A DNA stretch of 64,000 nt from the human T2T-CHM13v2.0 reference genome, Homo sapiens. Of this stretch, positions 25,670-39,992 are shown piece by piece. The notes under the pieces are model-generated. The model saw only the letters and a program-made list of their open reading frames with translations. It did not search any database and was not told the DNA's origin. The DNA is taken from NCBI RefSeq assembly GCF_009914755.1, contig NC_060935.1. The stretch is one strand, 5' to 3'. Position 1 is the first letter of the stretch. Each line of letters starts with the position of its first letter. A program made the position numbers and the translations under genes.

Positions 25670-25890
25670 GGTGAGTGAGGTGCTTCCAAGCACAGGCTCT
25701 GGAAAGACTGCCCGTTTTTCACTTACTACCTTTGGACAGGTTAGATAAACTCTCTGTGCCTCAGTGTTCTAATCTGCCAAATGGAGCTAATACAGATAGT
25801 AGAGACCCCCGAGAAGTATTGTGAGAATCAAGTTATTGCACATAGAGTGGTCAGAGCAATGTCTGGCAGATCAATATTGGATACAAATTA
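25670..25890 (+). mobile_element. MIR
   Basis: aactctctgtgcctcagtgttctaatctgccaaatggagctaata. Confidence 0.6.
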
Positions 25891-27527
25891 GCCAGTAAAG
25901 TCATACTGCACTTCTGTTCCACCAAACTATTCCAGGAATATTGGCCTTACTTACCCAAGAGGCTTTCTCATATTGCTTGCCTTCTTTCTCCCGTCTCTCC
26001 ACCTTCTGGATTCTAGAGCCATAAAGAGGTAACCCCAACTTCACCCACCTGATTAGTAGTTAGAAGCATGGACTACACTGATATCCAAGAGCAATCAGTC
26101 TCTCAGAGGTGGCTCTTATTGTGATATTGCTGCCAAAATGGCCCTTGCAAGCAGTGGAAACATGATAGAGAGCAAAGGCTAAGAATCTGGACCTCAATAT
26201 TAAAAGGGAAATGCACATAGCTTTCTGGGGTAGGCACCTGCAGAAGTGAGACAGTGGTGCTACTAGTGGTTAAATATGTGTGCTAGGTGGAAGGGTCTCA
26301 CATACAAACCTGTAACAGGATGGTAAAACAGCCTCCTCCTGGCTCAGTCTTCCCTGAGGCCTGATAGGCTGAGGAACATAGGCCAGACCCCAGCAGCTCT
26401 GCCTCAGGAGGGAGTGCTAGACCACCTGCTCAGGACCAGCTAAGAGACTGTGAAACTGCTTCTTCCATAGGAAGGGGTTACCCACATCCAGCCCATAGGA
26501 GTAGCTGAGGTTGAGAAGCTAGGAGGGAGTTTTTAGAGTGAGGAGGCATCTCTCTTTCTTCTTATCTTCTAGCAGATGAGAAAGGCTTCAAAGGGGCTAC
26601 TCAGACAGCCTCTTGGGAGCCCTCTAGAACTTGGGAAATCTAGGAATGGTGTTTGGTTTCTGCCCAAGGAAGGCTAATGTTGCCGGTTGCCTGGTGCCAG
26701 CACAAAGAAGCTGTTAGGAATGACTCCCTTATTCCCTCCCCTCAAAGCAAGATACTTCCCAGGGCCCAAATCTCAACACCACAGCAGGAACTGGCCTGGG
26801 GATGTTTAAAGAAAATTTTGCTTGGAGGGAGCAAAATCCCCACAGTGGGAGCTGGCTGGGCTGGGTTTCGGAAAGGAAAGTCCTGGGTTGACCCCAAGAA
26901 TACAGACTTTGCTCATATCAAGAAAGATGCATCAGGGGTCTCAGCAGGAATTTTTTTTTAAACAAAGTTCAACAAACAGTAAAAAAGCTAGCAATCATAC
27001 ATCTGTTACTCAGAGAGTGTTCATGTCCAGATTACAACTGTACCTTACATGAAACACTGTGTCTTTTCCTCCTAATTTCGTCTCACCTTGGGCAGGGAGT
27101 GGGGTATAGGAACGGGAGAGCAGGGTAGGGAAATTGCACCCACGGCCCACTTCAGGCTTTGCCCCTAAAGGAAGCCAGACTTGGCCCTAAGGGGAATTCT
27201 TAAGTTGAATGAGGTATGGCATTTTCATGATTACAGTGGACTGAGTGTTTTAATTACTACATTGAGACTGCTTCTGTGATTAAAAGGAGCCTAGACAGCT
27301 TATAGATTTTCTTGAAATTTTACCCCAGGGATGGAAAATATTAATCCACAGTGATTATTTTAGGGACTGTGGAAGAAAGAGCACATTTACTCTTTTGGTC
27401 GTACATTATCAAGTCAGTTTATTCAACAAAATAGGTAATACTACGTTGATTAATGTTTTATTATACGTATGAGACTTTCAAATAATATAAAGGTTACTGT
27501 CACTAAAAGACAAATTCAGCCAAAATT

Positions 27528-27572
27528 GTGTGTGTGTGTGTGTGTGTGTGCATGCATGCATGTATATATGTA
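27528..27572. repeat. (TG)n compound microsatellite
   Basis: Read directly. Confidence 0.9.
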
Positions 27573-29545
27573 TGGGGTGAAAGAGAGAGAAATAAATGGG
27601 TTCTAGAATCAGAAATGTCTTCTTGGCTCTTTTGCGCTGCTAATAACTTAACCATTCTGAGCCTGGGTTGGTTTCCTCTCCTGTGAAATGGACATAATAC
27701 TAATGTCTATTTCTTGAGAGTCTAAGCATTTGATAAGGAACCTGTTACACAGTAAGCACTCAACAAACACGCGATTAGTACGATTATTCACTTCTCATCC
27801 ACTTCTACTCACTCGCCACACCTTTCAATCAGGGACACTTTCTCTCCTACCACCACCCCAATGACATCTACACCAGAGGAAACAGCATGGACCTGTTTTG
27901 TCTTTTTATTCTCTAAAACCCTTAGAGCACTGAGTATCTGATAAACATGTATCCCATGAGTGATGTAAAGATGAATTGAGCACAGGTTCTGCTCTAAAGG
28001 GCTCATTACTAAGTTAAAAATAACTATAATAAATCAGAGTGGCAACTTCCATAGGAAGCATAGATAAACTCTGGGTTCAGACAGGTGATATTCCATGCAG
28101 CTCTGATTAGATTGTGAGATGGGGAATTCCAGATTCACCATTGAATCCCACAGGAATAACCCTTCATTCATTCATTTAACAAGCATCTGAATACCTTGTC
28201 TGTGTCTGCAGTCTTCTACCCACTGGTTATGACCGAACAAGTCAGACATAGGCTGCTTCTTGGGATCTTGAGGGTTCCTTGATCAGAGGGGTGGGTTAAG
28301 AGCCTCAGGCTGGGAGAACACATGGCAACAATGTGAGCCACATGTTCCTGGTGAAGTTCACGCTTCTTGGGTGTGCTGGGGTCAGCCAGGAGAAGGCAGA
28401 AGGAGATCAAGGCCTGAGCCAGTCTCAGGATGACCCACAAGATGATCAGCAGCCCCTACTGGTCTGCAGGATGTAAAACAGCCCTAGGTCAAGGTCATCT
28501 CACCAGGAAAGCCTAAGTTCAACTGGCATTAAAGGTAAGCAAGGAAGGGCAGGCCTCCACCCACAGCAAATTCTGTGACCGTTTTCCAGGAAAACTGTTG
28601 CTTCTTCTTTTCTTTCTTTGTTTCCTCTATATATTTGGCATCCTTTCTAAAAGTGCTGATGATGACCAGTGAGGCTGCAGAGCTGGGTGTCTGGGCTGTC
28701 GATGGGCAAGCCATCTGTCTATCAAACTGTCAGCCCTTGTGAAGGAATGGTGGGGTCCACCTAGGCCAGATCGAAGGCCTCTGCGTGCACAGTGGCCTGT
28801 CTGGAGTTGTGGGGAAGGGGAGAAAATGTGTCCACAGCAAGCAGTGGAATAGATGACCATGATAATTGTAACTTTCCTTCCTGACCTGTCAAATGACCCA
28901 TCACCTTTCCCTGTTTAACTCTATCTCTCAGTCTCAGAAACATGTGTGACTCCAGTCACATCAGTTTTCTTTGCAGTTTATCTGCTGCTACCTTGCCATA
29001 TGTCCTCGAGTTTAAAGCCTTTTTTTCTTTGAGGAAGAAAATAGTTTTTAGGTCAAGCCTTCAGATATCTGTAATGACCCCAGGCTATTGAGCATGAGGC
29101 ATAATGCAAACCTTTCTTTTTGGTGCCAAGCTGACTTGATAGGTAATCATTTTTATACCATTTATATGTGTTTTAGACAAATGTGTATTTATTGGCTGTT
29201 CCCTGAGAAGAGAACAGCAGGTGAAATTTTTGTTTAAGAGATGCATTATCCTTCACAGATTGACATCTGCAATAAGAAACAAAACAAAAACAAAAACTTT
29301 TTAAAAAGTGCTGTAAGGTGGCAATGGGAATGCTTGCATCGCTAGACTCAGAAATTCCCTGTTATCTTTCCAGCTGGAAAGACACCCAGGGAGCTAGAGA
29401 GCCCCTTAGCCTGGGAGTCAGAGACCTGGGTTCTTTCCCCATATCTTCCCTTAACTGAGTGACTTAGATTTAGAGTGCTTGAATAAGACACGTGACATTA
29501 CGGGGAAACAAGGAAGATGATTAATTGTATTCTAAGTTTTCTTAC

Positions 29546-31329
29546 TGTATTAGACCATCCTTGCATCACTGTAAAGAATACCTGAGACCGGGTAATTTAT
29601 AAGAAAAGGGATTTAATTGGCTCACGGTTCCACAGGCTGTATGAGTAGCGTAGCAGCATCAGCATCTGGGGAATCCTCTGGAAGCTTCCAGTCATGGTGG
29701 AAGGTCAAGATTTGGAAGGGAGATTTCAAGTCACATGGTGAAGAGAAGGAGAGGTGCTAAATTCCTTTTAAAGGACCAGATCTCAGAAGAACTCACTCAC
29801 TATCACAAGGACAGTACCAAGAGAGACGGTGCTAAACCATTTATGAGAAATCTGCCCCCATGATTTAATCACCTCCCACCAGACCCCACCACCAACATAC
29901 ATCTAAACTAGATGATGCCACCCCGGTCCCTCTCAAATCTCATATCTTGCTCACATTTCAAAATACAGTCATGCCTTCCCAATAACCCCTCAGTCTTAAT
30001 TATTCTAGCATTAACTCAAAAGTCCAAAGTTCGAAGTCTCATCTAAGACAAGGAAAATCCTTTTCATCCATGAGCCTGTAAAATCAAAAACAAGTTAGTT
30101 ACTTTCAAGATATAACATGAGTACAAACATTGGGTAAATATTCCTGTTCCAAAAGGAAGAAATCAACCAAAAATAGAGGTTACAGGCCCCATGCAAGTCC
30201 AGAACCCAGTAAGGCAGTCATTAAATCTTAAAGCTCTAAAATAATATCTTTTGACTCCATGTCCCACATCCAGGGCTCACTGATGCAAGGGCTGGGATGC
30301 CAAGGCCTTGAGCAGCTCTGCCGCTGTGGCAAACAGAGGTTGCTCTCACAGGCTGTTTAGTGCCTGTGGCTTTTCCACATTGAGAGTTTAAGCTGCTGGT
30401 GAATCTACTGTCCCGGATTGTGGAGGACAGTGGTCCTCTTCTCATTGTTCCATGAGGCAGTGCCCCAGTGGGGACTCTATGTGGGGGCTCCAACCCCTCA
30501 TTTCCCCTCCACACTGCCCTAGTAGAGATTCTCTGTGAGGGCTCTGCCACTGCAGCAGGCTTCTGCCTGGTTACCCAGGCTTTTCCATACATCCTCTGTA
30601 ATCTAGGCAAAGCTCTCAAGCTTCATTCACTCTTGCACTCTGTGTACCCACAGGCTTAACACCATGTAGAAGCCACCACGGCTTATGGCCTGCAGTCTCT
30701 GGAGCTGTGGCCCAAGCCATACCTGGGCTGTTTTAAGCCACTGCTGGAGGTAGAGTGGCTGGGAGACAGGGAGACATGTCCCAAGGCTGCTCAGGGCAGC
30801 TGGGCCCTGGTCCTGGTCCATGAAAACATTCTGTCTCTGAAATACCTTCAAAGCTTTTTTCTCATTGTCTTGGCTATCGGCACTTGCCTTCATTTTAGTT
30901 ATGCAGCTTTCTCTAGCAAGTGGTTTCTCAGAAGCCCACTTGAATTCTCCTGAAAAAGGGCTTTCCTTTTCTGCTACATGGCTAGGCTGCCAAAATTTCC
31001 AGACTTTTATGCTCTGCTTCCCTTTTAAATGTAAGTTCCAGCTTAAAGTAATTTATTTGCTCCCATGTATAAGTATAGGTTGTTAGAAGCAGCCAGGCTA
31101 CATCTTGAATGCTTTGCTGCTTAGAAATTTATTCTGCTAGATACCCTAAATCATCCCTTTTAAGTTCAAAGCTCCACAGATTCCTAGGGCAGGAGCACAA
31201 TGCAGCCAAGTTTTGCTATGAGAACCCCACCCTCATGATCCAGTCACCTCCCACGAGGCCCCACCTCCAACATTGGGAATTACATTTCAATATGAGGTTT
31301 GGGTGGGGGTACACATCCAAACTATATCA
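29546..31329 (-). mobile_element. MST (MSTA-like) MaLR provirus: LTR 29546-29915, internal ~29916-31215, truncated second LTR to 31329
   Basis: LTR motifs gggtaatttataagaaaag and ggtgctaaaccatttatgagaaatctgcccccatg; MST-int motifs cagtgccccagtggggactct and tttgctgcttagaaattt; TSD CTTAC/CTTCC. Confidence 0.88.
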
Positions 31330-34202
31330 CTTCCATCCTAAAGCTCTTCGGCCACCCTAAGCAATGCTTAGCACCTTTCATCTCTAAACTCTAAGGACTA
31401 TAGAATTGATAGTTTGAACAATTCAACTTATTAGTTATAGTCTATCCTACCTTATTATCTGTTTCTTTTGTTTATTCATGTGTTCATTTATGTGCTTATT
31501 CATTCATTAAATTTTTCATTTGTGGAACAAAGATTTCAAATATTTGTTTTTTGATCAAATAATGGAGGCACCCATAGAAGGGCTGCTGTAAGATCAGAAA
31601 CTCAGGCAAATTTCCTGCCTTTCTCTGAAAGCTGCTTTAAGAGTGCAGCCCTTAGGTAATGGACACACATCTTATAGCTTTTAAGGAAGCCTCATCTCTG
31701 TAACATTTTATCCAAGTACCTGCTAATTTGGGGTAGTAAAGGGTACTGAAGTAGAGACTGCCTAAGTAACAAAAAATGAAACTCTCCACAAATTGCCAGT
31801 TACTTAGTTGCCAAAGTTGCTGAGATAAATTGATACTGAGATGAAGCTAATAAGACTCAAGCCCACTCTTGAATAAGAGTATTTGCTTCAACTGAGATTT
31901 GACTAAAGGAAAACAATTCTTCAAGATCCTTTCAAAGGTAATAGACTTGAATTGAGGACCAGGCAATGAATTGTGAGAACAGAAGAGAGAAAAGGCACTA
32001 TTACCTTTTTCACAATCTGGTGGAATTTGAGGAATGCTGGAAAGGTCAGAAGGACCCAGATGGAAAAGTTCATTCAGGTCCAGAACATTTGCTGTGGCCT
32101 CAGTCTACAGGGGAAAAATGCCGTCCCAAAGTCAATGCAAAGGAAGGAATGGTGCTGCCAGAATTTCGAGGCAAAAAATGATTCAATTCTTAGTATAGAA
32201 ATGAAAACCTTGGGAGACTAGAATAAGTAATATAGGTATTTATTTACCAGAGAGGAAGTGACGTGTCTTGGCATGGCAGCAAGCAAACTAAAGTGAAAGC
32301 ATATCTGCCCTTAACTCTCTGGTTTGCAGGGTCCGCATCAATTAAAAAAAGAACAAATACCTACAATGCTGGGTAGGTAATAGACATTACAAGAGGCAAT
32401 GGTGGGGACTGTGTTGAATTGGGAGGCTGCAAAATGCGTGCCGCTTCTGAAGACACTCAAATATATTTCGAATAAATTCTGGAGCCAGTTTCATTTTCAG
32501 CACTGGGTCATTTATTAATTTATAATCCTTCGACTAAATTCACTGTTTAACAAACCTTTGTGTCTAGAGATTCCCTGATTTTCTATCGTTAAAAATCTAT
32601 TAAATTCCTCTACATTTAACAATGTGTGGTTTGTTGCCATATTGCTGCAAATAATGTACTGATCGGAGTCAGATTTTATGGAACTTAAACAGCTTCCCTG
32701 CAGTAGCCTTCCCCAGGAAAGTCATTCTTCAGCCCCAGCACTTTCTATTCTTTGCTAAATGACCCCTAGGAAGATTAGAGGAAGATGCTAGGTAGAGAGC
32801 CAGTCACCGAACACTCACTGTCAGTGGGTATTTGGTTGCCTCTGTCATCCAAAAGCCTGGCTTTGAGCTTTAGCCTGTGGTTGCTCTTCCCATGGTGGCC
32901 CCATTGCCAGCTATTGTTTCACAAATGGAAGCTTCCATTTGTCTTCCCTTCCTCTCTGATCCTCCAGTGGCAATGGCTTAGCTTCCATTCCTTTCTAGTG
33001 CCATCCCCTTTCTGGATGAACGTGTGCCTTTTAGCTCAGCCCTGCACATCACTCTGAGAACTCGGCATCATCTCAGACTAGGTTCAGTGAACCCCCTTCT
33101 ATGTGGACCCACCTTTGCTGTCACGGCCAAGGTTCTTGCACTCCTCTAGGCCTACAATGAGATTTAAAGCTTCCCTGACTTTTATCCTTGGCAGGGCTGC
33201 ACACATCCTCCACAACTGGGGCCCAGGGCTCCCTGGCCCGGCACTTATGAACCATCTTTCTTCCTGCCATTTCTTACTCAGGGCTGGAAGGCACAGTCAG
33301 GGGTAGGTTGGTTCCTATTTGTAGCACTTATGTGTTTGAATTTGCTAGATTGCCAAGAACAGCCAATATAAGGTCATTGAGCTAAGAACCCCAGGGGCCT
33401 GGGCAGCTCTTCAGCAAATATATATTTTCTTCAGATTCCACTGGCAAGCATAAATGCCTCGTTCTTCACCTCTGGATAGAAGAGGCCCTTTTCTGTACTC
33501 TTTCTTGCAGGGCCTCAGCTCTTTCTTTTTTGGTTTGGATATTAGCCCAAACATTTCACTTTTACCTTTTTTTTTTTTTTCTAGCTGAAAAGCTAAAAGA
33601 GGTAGGGGGAAAGGCTTGGTATTCTAACCTTATCCCTACCCCCTCTTGTTTTTCTGAAGTCTGGAGGTGAGGAGACTGAATGATTGAAAATACCCACAGG
33701 GAATCTTCATCTTCCCGGCAGGCAGAAAACAGAATGTGGGCACAGCCTGGAACCGTGTTGGGGTCCTGCAAGGCTGGGGGGCACTGAGTGAGAATCTGGG
33801 CCCCTTCAGCGAAGCCAGGTGCCATGTTATATACGAGGTCTCATTTGCGTCTTTAGATGTGACACCAGCCCTTTTTTGGTAATCTTTCCTATTTGAAGGA
33901 TTTCTGGCCCTAATTGTTGAATTGCTCTTTGAGGAATATGCAATATTTTACAGTTTGGGGCGGGTTTTCTCTGGAGGTGGGATTGATGGGAAAGTAGAAT
34001 CTGCATAATTTTATATTGATCCTACAATCACTCGCTGCTCCTTGAAAATGTGTGACTCATTCAGGAAGTATACTCCCTGAATCCAAAATAAAATAAAAAA
34101 TAAATAATTAATTTAGAAAACCCCCCTCAAACTTACCAAAGTTTTAGAGACTTAAGGTGTTTCTCCACTCAAAGGTTTTGTATTCAGAAAGATCAATAAT
34201 TA

Positions 34203-34810
<608 letters not shown>

Positions 34811-36544
34811 CATATATTGTGTGCCTGCTCTGTGCCAAGTTCTGTTCTGCTAGACACGATGGTAACAAGGATGACTTAGATGGATGTCATATCCTTATGG
34901 AGCTCATTGTCAAGTAGTGGAGAGTGAGGCCAGGAAGTAAATTGATTCTTTGCGTTGAACAAAGAATCACCCTAGGGTCCTGGAGGATTCTGTAAGGTTA
35001 GAGTAAGAAGGATCCCGAATGTTCTGCCTGGTTCTCCCTTCAGGTGTTATTTCCTAAACAGTGGATACAGGGCTCACTAGTCAAAATCCAGGAGAGGCGG
35101 AGGGGACACTCAACTGCATTGCCACCTGTGTAGCCAGGGGAGCTGTGTAAGGCAGTGCTGTGGAGGGCAATTCACCTGCAGTGCTCCTGTTCTTATCTCA
35201 CCATTGCCTCTGCTCTTCCCCTAATCTGTCCTTAGTTTACAGGCTTTCTAAACAATTCTTTGCCTTTGATTGGGCCATCCATGGTATTATGAAGAGATGA
35301 AGTTGCTGAGGGCTGTAGACTTTTGTGTGTGTCTTAAGACTAGCTACTTTCTATTCCTTGCAAGAGGGGACAAAGTGTATGTGTGTGTATGTAACCTTAG
35401 AACAAGCTCCACCAAATTGTAACCTAGACATGGACTTTTCCATAAAGACTTCCAGCTGCCTTCTCCATTGGCCTCACTGGGAGCTCTTCAGGGCACTGAG
35501 ATCCAAGGCATCTTGGCTTGTTTTTTTCTTCTGTTACTACTGCTTTGGGGTTTGTGCTGTTTCAATTTGCTGCCTTCTGGAAACTTTCCAGAGGTGCACA
35601 GTCTCCATTTATTATAATTTTGCATTTCGTTATTTATACTAAGAAGCCTTTGGGTGTGAACAGCTGCAGATTAACATTCATTATCTTCAATCTAGTGCAT
35701 CAACATTTTTAAGAGTTGCATATAATTTTCTTTGCACCAATGTCAACAGGTAAGGGCCAAGGGGAGTGCCCTATAGCTACAGACAATGCTTTTCTTTGAT
35801 TTCACTTTTTCCCATCTGAGACAAGCATAGTATTGCTAGAGCCATTCTAAAGAGACATATTTACCAGTCCAGTAGATTTCTACGGATCTTTAGCTACTCA
35901 AATAGAATAGTTCCCTCTTCTTAGTGCTGTATTTCTTCTGTCCCTTTAAAATGGGTAACTTTGACAAAACCTGATACTATAAATCGATCAACAAACTTTG
36001 ATATTAGGAGTAGCAATTTCTTCTGAGAGGAGGTTCAGCAAGTATATACAAATCATGGCGAGGCTTAGCGATGCCTCAGAGCTCTTGCTTTATTATCAGA
36101 GACACTATGAAGTAAGATTAGTGAAATAATAAATTCATCAAGAAGTGTTTACGGAGTACTTCCTCTGTGATAGACATTGTAACTGTACAAAAATGTATAA
36201 AGCATGTTGCCTAATTTCAGAGAGACTGAAATCAACTTGGATAATGCAAGATAAATGCTGTGCAAAAGCAATCTAAGGCAGTGCCAGCCTCATGTTTCGT
36301 AGAAATGAGAAACGGTGGAATGGGCAAGGAAGCTTGAGCTATGCCTGGAGGGATGAATTGGCTTTTATGTGTGTGGAAGGAGGAAAAAGTATTTTTAAAC
36401 AAAAGCAACACTGAGTGTATATCTTTGACTTCTCCCACATTACTAATTAATGTATAGGTTTGTCAATTAAATTTCTGCAATGTTACTCAACCCGTTATCA
36501 CATTTCTAATTTTATGTTTTGTTTTAATTTTTTCCCTGAGCTCA

Positions 36545-39532
36545 GACCCTAGTATATTCCAGGTAAGGTGGGATAAACTTGGATAGAAAACCTCAGTCGT
36601 CCTACCTTGAAGAACCAGAGAACATAATTCAGAGCATTTGCAGCAGCCAGAATTGAAGAGGAGGGGGATTCTTGAAAGGAGAGAGCCAGAGAGGGGGAGC
36701 CTCACATTCTGTCTATAAAAAAACTTTGCCCAAATAGCTGAGCCACCTGTGAAATGTGCATTCAAAGAGCATACTTTAAGGACCCCAGCTATGGCATAAA
36801 GAAAAGAACAGAGTTTTCAGTTGCCTCCCACCAAAAAATTGATTGAGCTTTGAGTCTGAGTCCAGTTAATTCATTACTAAAACAAAAAATTTAAAACTCT
36901 TTGTGGAAACATAACTAATCTACAGTCTTAACAATACATTACACACAGTGTTTAGAATACAATTCAAACTTACAGACATAGGACAAAAAGGAAAATGTGA
37001 CAACCTGTATTCAATAGAAAGGACAATCAATGGGGACTGGACCCGATATTGGATTTAGTAGATAAAGAGTTAAAGCTGTTATTACAACTATGTTCAGCAA
37101 TGTAAAAGAAAATAAACTCATAACAAATGAATGAGTAAAACTAATTTCAGCAAAGAAGGATAAATTATAAAGAAGAAAAAAATGAAAATTTTAGAATAAA
37201 AAACACAGTAAAGTAAAATTTTACAGTAAAAAATTCTACAGATAAGCTTAACAGCATATTGGCTATGACAAGAGAAAGAAGAAAGTGCTAGTATATTTAA
37301 AGATAGAGGAATAAAAATTATCCAGTTGAAAAACATAGAGAAAACATAGTTTTAAAAAGAAAAAAAAGTCCCAGAGACCTGTGGAGCAATAGCAGAATTC
37401 TAACATGCGTGTAATTGGAATCTCAGAAGGAGAGGAGAAAGGGAACGCAGCAGAAATACTATTTGAATAAACTAAAACTAAAACATTTTCAAGTTTGGTA
37501 AAAACATACATTCACAGATTTAAGAAGCTCTGAAAACTCTTAAGGAGGACAAAGACCAAAAAGAAAAATCACAGCTAGCACATTAATTCAAACTGTTAAA
37601 AACCAAAGATTAAGAGAATTTTCAAAGCAATGAGAGAAAAATGACACAATACTTGGAGAAACATTTTATAAGATGACTACAAATTTTCCTTAAAGTGCTG
37701 AAGGCAAAACCTGCCAACCAGCACTTATTCTAACAGTATCCTTCTAAAAGGATACTGTTTTGAAGACAAAATAAAGATTGTTTATAGATAAACAAAAACT
37801 AAGAAACTTTATCACGAGCAGATATACATGACAAGAATTATTAAATGAAGTTGTTCAGGCTGAAAGAAAACTATCTCAGATATAAATTTGGATTTTCAAG
37901 AAGATACAAAGGGCAAGAAATGGTAAGTATAGGAGGAAATATACAAGTTTGATTTTAATCTAAATTTGAAAAATACATATCACTAAGTAAAAATTATAAT
38001 ATTGCATTGTGGAGTTTATAATGTATGTGTATGTAATGCATATGGCAATCAAAGCCCAAAAGACCAGAGAGTTGTAAATAGATTCATATAATTGCTGGGT
38101 TCTTACATATTATATAAGATGGTCTGATATTAAATCTAACTATGCTATTAAAAATTAAAGATATATATCATAATCCCTACCAACTACTATAAAATGAAGA
38201 GATATAACCAAAAGAGCTAATGGGCAAGTAAAAATTGAATTCTAAAGTGAAAATAATGTTTTAAAAGTCTGGAAAGGAAAAAATGAGAAACAAGAAACAG
38301 AGGTATGAACAGGAATAATAATAATAAAGTGATAGATTTAAATCAAAGTTATTAAAACTTACATTAAGTATAAGCGGACTTTAAACACTCCAATTAAAAG
38401 GTGGAAATTATAAAAATAAATTTAAAAAGTAGGATACCACTATATACTATCTACCAGAAATACACTTTAAATATCAAGATAGAGATGATTTGAAGAAAAA
38501 TGAATGAAAAAGATATAACATACAAAGAGTAGGCATAAGGAAGTTACAGTGGCTATATTAATATCAAATGAAAAAAGATCTTAAGATAGAGTATTACCAG
38601 AGATGAAATAGCACATTTCATAATGACAAGAGGGTGAATTCATACATAACACAATACATAACAATATTAAAGGGTTGTGCACCTAATAATAGAGCTTTAA
38701 TATATATGAATATAATATTGATAGAATTAAAAGGAGATATAGAAAAGTTCACAATTTTATATCACAATTTTAACATCCTTCTCTCAGTTATTGCTAGAAT
38801 TACTTGACCAACAAAAAAAACTACTAAAGATATAGAATTACCTCAAAACACAATAAATCATTGTGATCAAATTAATATTCATAGACTGCTATACCAAACA
38901 ACTATGCATAGATTTTTTTAAGTGCACATGGTGTGTTCCCCAAGATGGACCATATGTTGAGTCATAAATCAAGCCTCAGTAGCTTAAAAGTATCAAAATC
39001 ATACAGAGCAGGCTCTCTGATCACAAGGGAATTAGATTATAAATAAATAATAAGATATATAGAAAACTTAAATATTTGGAAATTAAAAAACAGATTTCTA
39101 AATAATCTATTGTCAAAGAAGAAGTCACAGAGGACACTGGAAAATATAACTTGATGATAGTAAAATACAATATATTAAAATTTGTTTGTAGCTAAAGCAG
39201 TACTTAGAAGGTAATTTATGACATTAAAATGCATCTATAGAAAAAGAAGGAAGGTATAATATTAATGACCTAATATTGCACCTTAAGAAGTTAAAAAAAG
39301 AGGAGCAAAGTAAACCCAAAATAAGTAGAAGGAAGGAAATAATAGATAACAGCAGAAATCAATGAAAAAGAAAACTGACAAACAGAAAATCAATAAAGCC
39401 CAAAGTTCATTCTATGAAGAAAATCAAGAAAATGGATAAACTTCTAGCTAGACTTATGAAGAAGAAAAGAGAAAAAAGAAAAATTACCAACATCAGAAAT
39501 AAGAGTGGATATCACTATAAGTTTTTTATATA
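36545..39532 (+). mobile_element. Old L1M LINE-1 (decayed 5'UTR/ORF1/ORF2 endonuclease region)
   Basis: A-rich + strand; ORF1-like gtaattggaatctcagaaggagaggaga; ORF2 EN-like gataccactatatactatctaccagaaatacacttt, gtggctatattaatatca, ctctgatcacaagggaattag. Confidence 0.85.
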
Positions 39533-39680
39533 GAGTTGACCCTTAAACAACATGAGGAGTAGGATTGCCAATCCCCCTGCACAGTTGAAAATCCAAAAGA
39601 AAGTTTTCACTCCCCCAAAACATAGCTACTAATAGCCTACTTTTGACCAGAAGCCTTACCGATAACATAAACAGTAGATT

Positions 39681-39872
39681 AGCCTGGGCAATGTAGTGAG
39701 ACCCTGTCTAGAGAAAGAGCTGGATGTGGTGGCCTGCCTTAGTCCTAGTTGCTGGAGAGCCTGGGGTGGGAAGATTGCTTGAGCCCGAGAGTTCAGGTTA
39801 CAGTGAGCTATGATCCCACCCCTGCACTCCAGCTGGGGCAACAGAGTGCTCTTGAAAAACAAAAACAAAAAG
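39681..39872 (+). mobile_element. 5'-truncated AluJ inside Tigger2a
   Basis: agcctgggcaatgtagtgagaccctgtct...cctgcactccagc; TSD AAACAGTAGATT / AAAGAGTTGATT. Confidence 0.85.
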
Positions 39873-39992
39873 AAAGAGTTGATTAACACACATTTTGTAT
39901 GTTATATGTATTACACACTGTATTCTTATAATAAAGTAAGCTAGAGAAAATGTTATTAAGAAAATGATATGGAAGACACAATATATTTACTA

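Noticed and set aside
30236-31360. Cluster of 63-127 aa ORFs
   Set aside because: All lie within MST internal/LTR sequence; no intact retroviral gene.
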